This document shows, piece by piece, positions 1 through 10,582 of a DNA stretch of 64,000 nt. This stretch comes from Flectonema sp. DT1601 (lineage: Eukaryota). The notes below the pieces were generated by a model. That model had not been told where the DNA came from. It was given only the letters and a program-made list of their open reading frames with translations, and did no database searches. The position numbers were made by a program, and so were the translations under genes. Each line of letters begins with the position of its first letter. Positions within the stretch are counted from its first letter, which is position 1. The DNA lies in NCBI GenBank assembly GCA_964019425.1, contig OZ025784.1, forward strand, positions 1,426,001 to 1,490,000, given 5' to 3'.

Positions 1-2355
1 CAGTACGTTGATAGCACTAGTGAGTTGTCTATTGGACCGTTTTTAGCTGCAGCATCATCAGTTGAGGGGGAATCGTGGTGTGAATTAGTCATGCCTGAAG
101 AGTTTATGTGTTCTATATCTCCAGATCATTTATCTTGTTTGCTATCGTCATCTCATGCTGGTGTTGCTTCGCATTACGATCGTCGTCCTGAAGCTGTAAA
201 AGGTCGGGAGGGAGTCTCTCATGTGTTGACGTCTCTTAAATGGGTTCTTCGAAAAACGGATTTCGGAAATTTAATAAAAAATAAAAAAGCGAACATTGTG
301 AAATTACAAAAAGAAGTTCACGAGGATAATGAAATAATAAAAGCAACAATAGCAGTTGAGTACAAGCGAACAATGATGCCCAGCACCACAACACAACACT
401 TCGATCAACAAGATGATGATGATGACTTGGGAGACGATCTCAGAATCGATCCTGAGACTCATCTATTGATAGAAGACTCAAGTGAACTTCCTGTCGATAA
501 ACATGATGATCACGAAGCAGCCAATTGTAGTAGTGACGAAGACCCCACAGAAAAACTACCTAACAAGGCAACAAAGCCGACCTCTATCGAAGAGACTGAC
601 GAATCTGGTGAAGAACATTTTTTTCATTTCAACATGGAGGTCTTCCTCGTTCCTGAAAACACTACTATCGATAATTGGAAGTCAATTAGCCTTCCTGAAA
701 ACACAGATGATAAGTTGGTACCAACGTATGTCTCAGCTGATTTTAATTTCTTATTTTGTGATGTGGTGTCTGGAAAGCTCAGAATTTTTGCATCAGCGAC
801 CGACTCATTGAAGAGAGACGTAATTCAGACTTACAAACCAGATGAAAGCTACTTATCAGTTGATAAACAATTATTACATTGTTCAAAGCAATGGATGAAA
901 TACGAATCTCAGAACTTATCGTCATTCAATTCTAATATAATGGCGGTACGAATCATGGTGAGAGAATTGAAACCAGTCTTGTCGGCGTTGTCAAATTCCT
1001 ATTATGCATTCTCACCACGTATCATTAAACCAACGAAGAACAGACAAATGAACCCGAGACCTAAAAAACATACCTTCGTAGAATCTATAAAAGACTTTCC
1101 AGGTAAAATACCGAGACTCGATCACATCATTTTCGATGGATTTCCGTTAAATTCGGGGTTGTTTGCTCGTTCGAGTATGCCTCAAAAAGACTACGAGAAT
1201 TCATCAAGTGATGGTAAATGGAAAATTAACTTCATTGAATCTGGAATGTTAAATACGCTATGCGATAAAGTGATTAATTGCTACAAAGAAGAAACGGATT
1301 GGAAAATGTCGTTCAGTTGTTCCATTGCAGCAGATTCAAAAAAATCTCGAAACTTGACAGTGTCAACCAGAGTGACGGGAATCCGAAAGAAATATCTCTC
1401 TTCTGAAGATGTATTAAAATACGATGATAAATCTTTTACTGAAACATATCTCCATCTTAGAGTTCTTCATAAAGTGTTGTCTTACCATCACACGACGCAA
1501 CCACTTTGGGCTGATTCTGATATGGGAAAACGTATTGAGGATCCAATGCACGATCCTCCAACTCTCCGTCACAAAAATACTTCGTTGTGGTGTCCAATGA
1601 AACCGTTGGTGTTTAATGACGGTGCTCTCTTTAATTACGAATCCAAAGGTTTGGAATTGTTCAAAAGAACTGAAAATAAAATGCAATCATTTCAGGCTGT
1701 ATCGACACTGTACAAACCAAGATCACAAGGTAGGACCACAGTTCGGATCTATGGTGGAAAACCAACTCAAAAGAGTGCTAGAGTTCCTTCACAGGTCTCA
1801 AGAGAACATCGAAATGCCATGCTGCATTTGTTGCATATCCTATATCAAAGGTCGATTGGATTTCCTTGTGAGGGTTGTTTTTTTTCTTGGCACACATATC
1901 CTTATGACAGGGTGGCTGCTATTTATTTATTTAAAAGAAAACACCTTTGGCTGAGAGCTGTTGAAAAACTTTCAAAAGATTTCAGAGAAAATTGGAAATA
2001 CGAACAATGTGACGACTTGTATGCTTCTCTTATATCAGTTTGGGAAAATATTTTTAACGAAATCGCTTCTCGAATCTACGCCGATCCTCAAAATGTTGAT
2101 AAGTTGATTAATATGACCGTGAGAGTAACACCAGCGACTCCAATCATAGATATTGATTTAGTCGTTCATGGAATTGACGAAGTTATTCGTGAGGTTCGCG
2201 AAGGATCTCCTCCTGTGTCACTTCGAATAGAATTCCCTAAAGATGGAAATATTAAAAATTTCACTTTACAATGGATCACTGGTGTGATTGATGAAGATGA
2301 CGAAGGCTGGGAAGATACTTCTAACGACGGATCTCCTGATGCTGAAGACTCTTGA
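1..2355 (+). CDS. Hypothetical protein, 5'-partial (frame is open from base 1)
   Basis: Frame 1 has no stop from position 1 to TGA at 2353-2355 (>776 aa) and is followed by a poly-T tract. No family recognised. Confidence 0.75.
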   Translation, partial: QYVDSTSELSIGPFLAAASSVEGESWCELVMPEEFMCSISPDHLSCLLSSSHAGVASHYDRRPEAVKGREGVSHVLTSLKWVLRKTDFGNLIKNKKANIVKLQKEVHEDNEIIKATIAVEYKRTMMPSTTTQHFDQQDDDDDLGDDLRIDPETHLLIEDSSELPVDKHDDHEAANCSSDEDPTEKLPNKATKPTSIEETDESGEEHFFHFNMEVFLVPENTTIDNWKSISLPENTDDKLVPTYVSADFNFLFCDVVSGKLRIFASATDSLKRDVIQTYKPDESYLSVDKQLLHCSKQWMKYESQNLSSFNSNIMAVRIMVRELKPVLSALSNSYYAFSPRIIKPTKNRQMNPRPKKHTFVESIKDFPGKIPRLDHIIFDGFPLNSGLFARSSMPQKDYENSSSDGKWKINFIESGMLNTLCDKVINCYKEETDWKMSFSCSIAADSKKSRNLTVSTRVTGIRKKYLSSEDVLKYDDKSFTETYLHLRVLHKVLSYHHTTQPLWADSDMGKRIEDPMHDPPTLRHKNTSLWCPMKPLVFNDGALFNYESKGLELFKRTENKMQSFQAVSTLYKPRSQGRTTVRIYGGKPTQKSARVPSQVSREHRNAMLHLLHILYQRSIGFPCEGCFFSWHTYPYDRVAAIYLFKRKHLWLRAVEKLSKDFRENWKYEQCDDLYASLISVWENIFNEIASRIYADPQNVDKLINMTVRVTPATPIIDIDLVVHGIDEVIREVREGSPPVSLRIEFPKDGNIKNFTLQWITGVIDEDDEGWEDTSNDGSPDAEDS

Positions 2356-2359
2356 GATT

Positions 2360-2390
<31 letters not shown>

Positions 2391-2626
2391 CCAGGGGTGA
2401 AAAAGAACAAGGGGGTAATACTCAAAAAAAAAACGAAAAAAAAAAAATTTTTTTTTTTGCCACAACTAACGTTGGCAACTCAGTTGCTTCAGGAGGTATT
2501 GTTCTCTCTCCGAAGCTTCAACTTCATTTTTATTGTTGTCGTCGATGATAAGAAATAGCTATCTAACTGATACAATTTTTTTTTATTCTAATTACTCTCT
2601 CAGGGTTTAACTTAAATTTTGTTCAC

Positions 2627-4895
2627 ATGAGCGTTACTTTGCAGGCAATAAACGCTGTCCAATTGCCGGAAATATCAAAATCACAATTAAAAGCGTCAGT
2701 TCAAATCGATGTTAGCTCACTTGCTGAAGCGATGATGTGTTTATATACAGCAGTACGACAACAGACTACAGCTTTGCAAGTTTTAGAGAAAGAAGCGAGT
2801 AAAAGACAAATGGAAGTTGATTTGTGGATGAGAAATATAAAAAATGAAATTGAAGCAACGTCACTAGCAGAAGGTAAAAGGAGAACAGCTGAAAATCAAA
2901 AGCTACGAATGGAAGTAAAAAAAACAAAAGAGGAAATTGCAACAGACATATCAAAATTAGACAGACAAATCACATTCAACGACACTGACGTAAAACGACT
3001 TCTTGAACGACACATAAATCAACTTCGACTAAGTCAACGTGATTCATCAAACAAAGTATCATCAATCCAAGAAACCCTCATTTCGATGACATCAAAACAT
3101 AATGAGGAACACGCTTCTTTAACGACCAATTACAATGAATTGAAAACACAACACCGAGACTCTGTTTCATCGTTGTTGGATTTTACTAAACTATTTGACT
3201 TATCAACTGAAGATATAACTAACGCTGTTGATACTGGAACGTCTATAGAATTATTACAACAAACACCAATTATAAGACACCTCAATACTAATAATACTTC
3301 CTTACTTAAAAAAATCGAAGACACGAATAAGAATAACACGAGGACTGATGAGAGTATTGTAAAGTCGGATTTACGTTTTGCAGATTATTGTGAAAAAACC
3401 GATTCAATGATTCACTCTCTTTACAAGGAAAAAGCAGAAATAAATTCTCAAGTGAAGGAAAATAATCACAACAACAGCAGAAGACTAACTCAACTGGAAG
3501 ATATGTCAGCTACGAAGTCTGATATTTCTGTGTTCGTATCTACTTCTGAACACACATCAGAGGTAAACCGAATCGATGAAGTGTTGATAGCTCTGAATGA
3601 AAGAATAGTCTCATCTCAAACAGAGAGAGAAGCTTTGGCTAGAGAAGTTTTAAATAAAGCTGATTGGGAATCAATTCATGAAAAGGTAAGCAAGGAAGAG
3701 TTTACTGAGCAATCTCAAGATGCATCTCAAAGACTTGAAGTGATGATGGTTAAGATCGAAGAACTTCGATCTGAACTAAACGAACGAGACAACCTAATGC
3801 ATCCATCTATGATGACATCACTCTTATCAAGTCAAAGCATGAAGAGACCTGTGACGGGGATAGGTTTGCGTCATTCGTCGTGTAGATCAAACTTACAGTT
3901 TTCAAACCGTCATGAAGTTCCTGAAAAACAAGAATCTTCTCAGGAAATTGAACATATCGCTACGATGGACAGTGTGGTTTTAAATAGCTCTGTGTCCCTG
4001 AATAGATCTCAGGATACGGTAAACTCATTAGAAAAACAGGTGTTGACTCAACAAGGAGAATTACCTGTAAAACATAATCAAGAAAAGCATCACAATCACC
4101 ATCACAATCAACAGACTAAGACACCCGCAAATCTAAATATACCAACAGCTGTCCCAACCGTTGATAAAACCCGTGATGTTATAGAGGTGTGGAAATTGTA
4201 TTTCTTTGTCGGTACAATAAAAGAGAATAACACCACCTAACTAACTACAGTCCTTATCTGAACGAATAGAGTTGATTGAGAACGACATCGGCGTTCTTGG
4301 CATGGACAAAGTCAGCCGAATGGAATTACGTGAAGTTCTCACTTCTATTCAAAAGGGAGTTTCTAATGAAGATGGTAACCAACAAGTAACAAATATAAAT
4401 CAATTCTTCACTCAACACAATACAACAACCAGCGCTAATTTCAACGGAGCAGCATTAACAGTGAGATGTCTCAGCTGTGATGGTCGACCTGGTGGTGGTG
4501 ATGGTCATCAGTTTCCACCTTCAAATGTTTTTTGTAACACTCCACCTGGTAATCGTGTAAGTCCTCCCAAAACAAGGCCTATTAGTCCAGGGTACTCAAA
4601 CTGCTATTCTCAAACTACGACAAGAAAAAAACTTCTGAACTACTATGAGTGGTTGAGGGGTAAATCTGAGGATACTCCAGAGTCAAGAGACATACCTGCC
4701 AACAATGCCGTGGCTGCTTCAGAGAGGGCTCAGTCACCACCACCCAAGGTACCCGTAGGTACAGACAGAAGATTTTACCCAGGTGTGGGCACTGCTGCTA
4801 GTCAGAAGAATTGCGCTCCTGATAACCCGCCTGCTACCGAAGACAAGACCCCTGCAGCTGGCAACACTCGAAAAGTAACATTAGTAGCGACATAG
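2627..4895 (+). CDS. Coiled-coil protein with a C-terminal RCLSCD motif (DUF4795/QRICH2-like); exons 2627-4186 and 4251-4895
   Basis: Intron 4187-4250 (GTGTGG...CTAACTACAG) joins ORFs 2627 and 4272 in frame. The protein is heptad-rich and contains 'TVRCLSCDGRP'. Confidence 0.7.
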
Positions 4896-5364
4896 AAATT
4901 ATCGTTCCCTCTGTTTTTGATAATATTTTTTGGTAAGATATTTACACCAAACTGTTATATTTATTTTAATCTACCGCCTGGTTCAATTGGTTTCTACCAT
5001 CGTGAATCGGTATTTGTGCACACAGCTTGTGTTTCTGTTTTACAAAGTAACATCGATGACATATTTCTTACTTCCTTTACGTCTTTCAGCACACAACACA
5101 TACAGCAAGTAATGTCTTTGTAAGGGTTTTCTGATGGACATTATTCTGTTGGCGCTGTTTGTTTTTGATTTGTGTGTTGCTTCATTTAAATTGAAACCTA
5201 ATTATATCAGTTTTTTATTTAACAGCGAAGATGACATTATCAGAACCCCCTCAATGGGTTGGAAAAGAAGTCTGTTTGAAGAAACATGTTTTGCACGTTT
5301 GTTAATCTCATCATACTCCAAGCCATTCATCATCACATTTTGTAGGTTGCTCAGGCGAATTAAA

Positions 5365-6762
5365 ATGCAACTCTCGGTTACGTTCCCAGACACAGGATTT
5401 CCTGACGTTGTTTTCACAGCTTCTGGAGAGTCGCTCGTGAAGGATGCATTGCAGGTTGCAGCTGATGAGTGGGGTACCGATGCTGACTTTCTTGAACTTT
5501 CTCTCGCAGGATCGCGGCTTGCAGCAGGTAGTCGGCTGGTGTCTTACGGAGTGGAAGACGGCTCGCTGTTGGATGCATCGGTGGTGCGCTTGTTTGGGTT
5601 GGAATGGTTCACAGATGCTGCAAAGAGAGAGAAGGCATTCCTACGAGGACAACGGGATCAGGAGGGGTTTTTCTGCCTTGATACTCCCACATTCGCTGTG
5701 GATGGCTGTCTTCAGTTTAACAACAGTGAGTGGTTCTCGGATGATGTTACGCGCGTCTCTTTCAGCAACTCAGAACCCTCAGTCACGACCGTTTCAGATT
5801 ATTTCTTTTGCCCATCTCGTGAGGTTACAAAGCTCAGTCTACCTGGTCTTCAATACGTCACATCTGTTGGTGATAATTTCCTCCAAGATTGCAGATCACT
5901 GACATCTGTTGACTTATCAAGTCTCAGCAATGTTACAGTTGTTGGAAACTATTTTCTATATGGTTGTCCCCTCACATCTGTTGACTTATCAAGTCTCAGC
6001 AATGTGTCAGTTGTTGGAGACTGTTTTCTATATTATTGTTCATTCCTCACTTCTCTGGACTTATCAAGTCTCAGTAATGTTTCTACTGTTGGAAACTGTT
6101 TTCTATATTATTGTTCATCCCTCACATCTGTTAACTTATCGGGTTTCAGCAATGTGTCAGTAGTTGGAAACTGTTTTCTATATTATTGTTCATCTCTCAC
6201 TTCTCTGGACTTATCTGGTCTCAGCAATGTTTCTACTGTTGGAAACTATTTTCTATATCATTGTTCATCCCTCACATCTGTTAACTTATCGGGTTTCAGC
6301 AATGTTCCAACTGTTGGAGACTATTTTCTAACTGAATGTTCATCTCTCACATCTGTTGACTTATCAAGTCTCAACAATGTTTCAGGTGTTGGAGAAAGTT
6401 TTTTAGAATGTTGTCGATCCCTCACATCTGTTAACTTATTAGGTCTCAACAATATTTCGGTTGTTAGAAACCATTTTCTACAAAATTGTTCATCTCTCAC
6501 ATCTGTTAACTTATCAAGTCTCAACAATGTTTCTACTGTTGGAGACTATTTTCTAAGTAATTGTTCATCCCTCACATCTGTTGACTTATCAAGTCTCAAC
6601 AATGTTTCAGTTGTTGGCAAGTATTTTCTAAGTAATTGTTCATCACTTGCTTCCTTAGATTTAGCCCTCATGAATGTGGAATCTGTTGGAAGTAATTTCC
6701 TAGAAGGTTGTTCATCCATTAACAGAGACGAACTGCATACGAGCATAAAGGATTTGAAATGA
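5365..6762 (+). CDS. Ubiquitin-like N-terminal domain + 12 BspA-like ~25-aa leucine-rich repeats (copy 1)
   Basis: MQLSV...LELSLAGSRL...LVSYGVEDGSLL is a ubiquitin-fold pattern. Repeats read LTSVDLSSLSNVxxVGxxFLxxCSS. ATG 5365 follows TTTTGTAG and is conserved in copy 2. Confidence 0.85.
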   Translation: MQLSVTFPDTGFPDVVFTASGESLVKDALQVAADEWGTDADFLELSLAGSRLAAGSRLVSYGVEDGSLLDASVVRLFGLEWFTDAAKREKAFLRGQRDQEGFFCLDTPTFAVDGCLQFNNSEWFSDDVTRVSFSNSEPSVTTVSDYFFCPSREVTKLSLPGLQYVTSVGDNFLQDCRSLTSVDLSSLSNVTVVGNYFLYGCPLTSVDLSSLSNVSVVGDCFLYYCSFLTSLDLSSLSNVSTVGNCFLYYCSSLTSVNLSGFSNVSVVGNCFLYYCSSLTSLDLSGLSNVSTVGNYFLYHCSSLTSVNLSGFSNVPTVGDYFLTECSSLTSVDLSSLNNVSGVGESFLECCRSLTSVNLLGLNNISVVRNHFLQNCSSLTSVNLSSLNNVSTVGDYFLSNCSSLTSVDLSSLNNVSVVGKYFLSNCSSLASLDLALMNVESVGSNFLEGCSSINRDELHTSIKDLK

Positions 6763-7729
6763 CATAAATCACATCAGTGTTGTTTTTAGTGTGTGTGCGT
6801 TGTTCCTTTTGTTTTTTTTGTTTTGTTTTGTTTTGGGGTATTTAATTTATCTTTTATTTGATAGTGTTTTCAGAAAAGAAGATGTGTGTTCGCTCACACA
6901 CACTCTTAACAAGTGTTTGTTAGTTGGAATTTAATATTTGATTGCATTGCAGTGTTCTTATTCCCTTGACTGGGTCATATTCTATCAGACTCCCAACCCC
7001 ATTTGGTATTCCCCACCCCTTCTCCGCCAGTGTCTGGTCGAATCGAAACGGGCCTGGCACAATCCCTGCGTGGAAGTAATCTGCGCCCATTAACAGTGTA
7101 GATACTTCTTTGTATTGATCTCAGCTAATGAGTTATTCTCTTATCATATTTCCTTCTCAGGTGCAAGCAGTGATTGAAAGCTAATTACCGAATTGTTCTG
7201 TTTTGTAACCCTTTTTTTTTGATTTGACGTTTGCAGAGTAATTGTCCCTGTCTGTTTTGGTAAGATATTTACACCAAACTGTTATATTTATTTTAATCTA
7301 CCGCCTGGTTCAATTGGTTTCTACCATCGTGAATCGGTATTTGTTCACACAGCTTGTGTTTCTGTTTTACAAAGTAACATCGATGACGTATTTCTTACTT
7401 CCTTTACGTCTTTCAGCACACAACACATACAGCAAGTAATGGTCTTTGTAAGGGTTTTCTGATGAACATTATTCTGTTGGCACTGTTTGTTTTTGATTTG
7501 TGTGTTGCTTCATTTAAATTGAAACCTAATTATATCAGTTTTTTATTTAACAGCGAAGATGACATTATCAGAACCCCTCAATGGGTTCTGATAATGTCAT
7601 CTTCGGGGACGAAATTGTGCAACAACTAAAAGAAGTCCGTTTGAAGAAACATGTTTTGCACGTTTGTTAATCTCATCATACTCCAAGCCATTCATCATCA
7701 CATTTTGTAGGTTGCTCAGGCGAAATAAA

Positions 7730-9127
7730 ATGCAACTCTCGGTTACGTTCCCAGACACAGGATTTCCTGACGTTGTTTTCACAGCTTCTGGAGAGTTGCT
7801 CGTGAAGGATGCATTGCAGGTTGCAGCTGATGAGTGGGGTACCGATGCTGACTTTCTTGAACTTTCTCTCGCAGGATCGCGGCTTGCAGCAGGTAGTCGA
7901 CTGGTGTCTTACGGAGTGGAGGACGGCTCGCTGTTGGATGCATCGGTAGTGCGCTTGTTTGGGTTGGAATGGTTCACAGATGTTGCAAAGAGAGAGAAGG
8001 CATTCCTACGAGGTGAACGGGATCAGGAGGGGTTTTTCTGCCTTGATACTCCCACATTCGCTGTGGATGGCTGTCTTCAGTTTAACAACAGTGAGTGGTT
8101 CTCGGATGATGTTACGCACGTCTCTTTCAGCAACTCAGAACCCTCAGTCACGACCGTTTCATATTGTTTCTTTTGCCCATCTCGTGAGGTTACAAAGCTC
8201 AGTCTACCTGGTCTTCAATACGTCACATCTGTTGGTGATAATTTCCTCCAAGATTGCAGATCACTGACATCTGTTGACTTATCAAGTCTCAGCAATGTTA
8301 CAGTTGTTGGAAACTATTTTCTATATGGTTGTTCCCTCACATCTGTTGACTTATCAAGTCTCAGCAATGTGTCAGTTGTTGGAAACTCTTTTCTATATTA
8401 TTGTTCATCTCTCACTTCCCTGGACTTATCTAGTCTCAGCAATGTTTCTACTGTTGGAAACTGTTTTCTATATTATTGTCGATCCCTCACATCTGTTAAC
8501 TTATTAGGTCTCAACAATATTTCGGTTGTTAGAAACCATTTTCTACATAATTGTTCATCTCTCACTTCTCTGGACTTATCAAGTCTCAACAATGTTTCTA
8601 CTGTTGGAAACTATTTTCTATATTATTGTTCATCCCTCACATCTGTTGACTTATCAAGTCTCAGCAATGTGTCAGTTGTTGGAAACTGTTTTCTAACTGA
8701 ATGTTCATCTCTCACATCTGTTGACTTATCAAGTCTTAACAATGTTTCAGGTGTTGGAGAAAGTTTTTTAGAATGTTGTCGATCCCTCACATCTGTTAAC
8801 TTATTAGGTCTCAACAATATTTCGGTTGTTAGAAACCATTTTCTACAAAATTGTTCATCTCTCACATCTGTTAACTTATCAAGTCTCAACAATGTTTCTA
8901 CTGTGGGAGACTATTTTCTAAGTAATTGTTCATCCCTCACATCTGTTGACTTATCAAGTCTCAACAATGTTTCAGTTGTTGGCAAGTATTTTCTAAGTAA
9001 TTGTTCATCACTTGCTTCCTTAGATTTAGCCCTCATGAATGTGGAATCTGTTGGAAGTAATTTCCTAGAAGGTTGTTCATCCATTAACAGAGACGAACTG
9101 CATACGAGCATAAAGGATTTGAAATGA
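7730..9127 (+). CDS. Ubiquitin-like + LRR protein (copy 2)
   Basis: Paralog of 5365-6762 with the same length; differs mainly in the central repeats. Confidence 0.85.
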   Translation: MQLSVTFPDTGFPDVVFTASGELLVKDALQVAADEWGTDADFLELSLAGSRLAAGSRLVSYGVEDGSLLDASVVRLFGLEWFTDVAKREKAFLRGERDQEGFFCLDTPTFAVDGCLQFNNSEWFSDDVTHVSFSNSEPSVTTVSYCFFCPSREVTKLSLPGLQYVTSVGDNFLQDCRSLTSVDLSSLSNVTVVGNYFLYGCSLTSVDLSSLSNVSVVGNSFLYYCSSLTSLDLSSLSNVSTVGNCFLYYCRSLTSVNLLGLNNISVVRNHFLHNCSSLTSLDLSSLNNVSTVGNYFLYYCSSLTSVDLSSLSNVSVVGNCFLTECSSLTSVDLSSLNNVSGVGESFLECCRSLTSVNLLGLNNISVVRNHFLQNCSSLTSVNLSSLNNVSTVGDYFLSNCSSLTSVDLSSLNNVSVVGKYFLSNCSSLASLDLALMNVESVGSNFLEGCSSINRDELHTSIKDLK

Positions 9128-9596
9128 CATAAATCACATCAGTGTTGTTTTTAGTGTGTGTGTGTGTTGTTCCTTTTGTTTTTTTTGTTTTGTTTTGTTT
9201 TGGGGTATTTAATTTATCTTTTATTTGATAGTGTTTTCAGAAAAGAAGATGTGTGTTCGCTCACACACACTCTTAACAAGTGTTTGTTAGTTGGAATTTA
9301 ATATTTGATTGCATTGCAGTGTTCTTATTCCCTTGACTGGGTCATATTCTATCAGACTCCCAACCCCATTTGGTATTCCCCACCCGCCCTTCTCCCGCTA
9401 GAGTCTGGTCGAATCGAAACGGGCCTGGCACAATCCCTGCGTGGAAGTAATCTGCGCCCATTAACAGTGTAGATACTTCTTTGTATTGATCTCAGCTAAT
9501 GAGTTATTCTCTTATCATATTTCCTTCTCAGGTGCAAACAGTGATTGAAAGCTAATTACCGAATTGTTCTGTTTTGTAACCCTTTTTTTTTGATTT

Positions 9597-10085
9597 GACG
9601 TTTGCAGAGTAATTGTCCCTGTCCCCGCTTGATGCATTTCAAGGGACAATCATGCCTTCAAAAAGAGAAGACTACGTCATCCGGGGCCGGTGGACATGGT
9701 CGACAGGATCGTCACTGTGTTGCCACTTCAGTTCTCTGCATTCAGGTTGCGGAATGTTCACGCATTCCCTTTCGGCAAACCCGCACAGAAACACAAGTGC
9801 TCCCATGACGGCTTTGAGGCGAGCAATTACACCTTGCCTTAGGACCGACTGACCCGTGTCCAACTGCTGTTGACACGGAAACCTTCTCCACTTCGGCCTT
9901 CAATGTTCTCCAAGATCTGCACTCATCCGCGCTCCAGAAAGGCTCACGCCAATTCCTTCGCGGCATGGATCACGCACTCCTACTCAAGGCCGGCTTTTGA
10001 ATACCGGACCTCGGCCGACTATGGGTGGATCGCTTGAGCATCATCCATTTTCGGGGTGAATTACTGGTGCAGGTTGTGTCGCTAC
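9597..10085 (-). pseudogene. Isolated LSU (28S-type) rRNA fragment
   Basis: The reverse complement contains conserved LSU motifs TTGAAGGCCGAAGTGGAGAAGGTTTCCGTGTCAACAGCAGTTGGACACGGGTCAGTCGGTCCTAAG and GAAAATGGATG. The conserved GGTGGTAGTAGCAAATATTCAAA segment appears deleted near 9910. Confidence 0.9.
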
Positions 10086-10140
10086 TGTTGGAGATGTGCT
10101 TCTGTATTTTATTCTTCTCACATGTGTTTTTTTTTTTTTT

Positions 10141-10275
10141 GCACCGACGAAGTCGGAGAAGAAACTATTCAGATTAAGAGCCGTTATTTTATTATTGTCA
10201 TGTTATCTATTTCCCTGTGCCGCCAGTAAAACTAGCTGCGATCAACGAAATATATAAAGGCTTATCTAAATGGTT
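10141..10275. mobile_element. ~135-bp dispersed non-autonomous element, copy 1 (uninterrupted)
   Basis: Poly-T, then CCGAC-GAA-GTCGG hairpin, then TATTCAGAT ... ATCTAAATGG. Homologous to 19299-21217 and 49315-49434. Confidence 0.75.
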
Positions 10276-10582
10276 ATCATGACTATTTCATTTTGTAAGA
10301 CCACTAAACAAAATGTTCATGTGTCACATGTCTTCGGAGTATCGATAGCGAAATGGATGAATCAAAGAAATTGGAGAAAGGAGTACTCAGCAACCGGCTG
10401 ATGAAAAGAAAAAAAAAAAACTAACCAAATAAAGAATAACAGTACTTCTGAGTAATGTTTATTGTTCCACGTAATCGTAATTGCATTTTTTTATTTTTTT
10501 CAGATAATCTCCCTAAACTCAGTTTTGGTATGCTGTAGTTCTCCTTTTTATTTTTTGGGAAAAGAACAAACTAAATCTAAAA

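Larger units (their letters stand above)
4927..9623 (+). repeat. Tandem segmental duplication, two copies of ~2.35 kb (about 4927-7252 and 7255-9623), each carrying one Ubl-LRR gene
   Basis: Flanks and CDS are near-identical in the two copies; junction at ~7253. Confidence 0.95.

Noticed and set aside
5134..5364. N-terminal extension of Ubl-LRR copy 1 (apparent signal peptide)
   Set aside because: Not kept in frame in copy 2, and it lies mostly upstream of the likely trans-splice AG at 5345.
10141..10156. GCACCGACGAAGTCGG resembles the tracrRNA terminal hairpin
   Set aside because: Short chance similarity; no Cas, TnpB or Fanzor-like ORF was recognised in the window.
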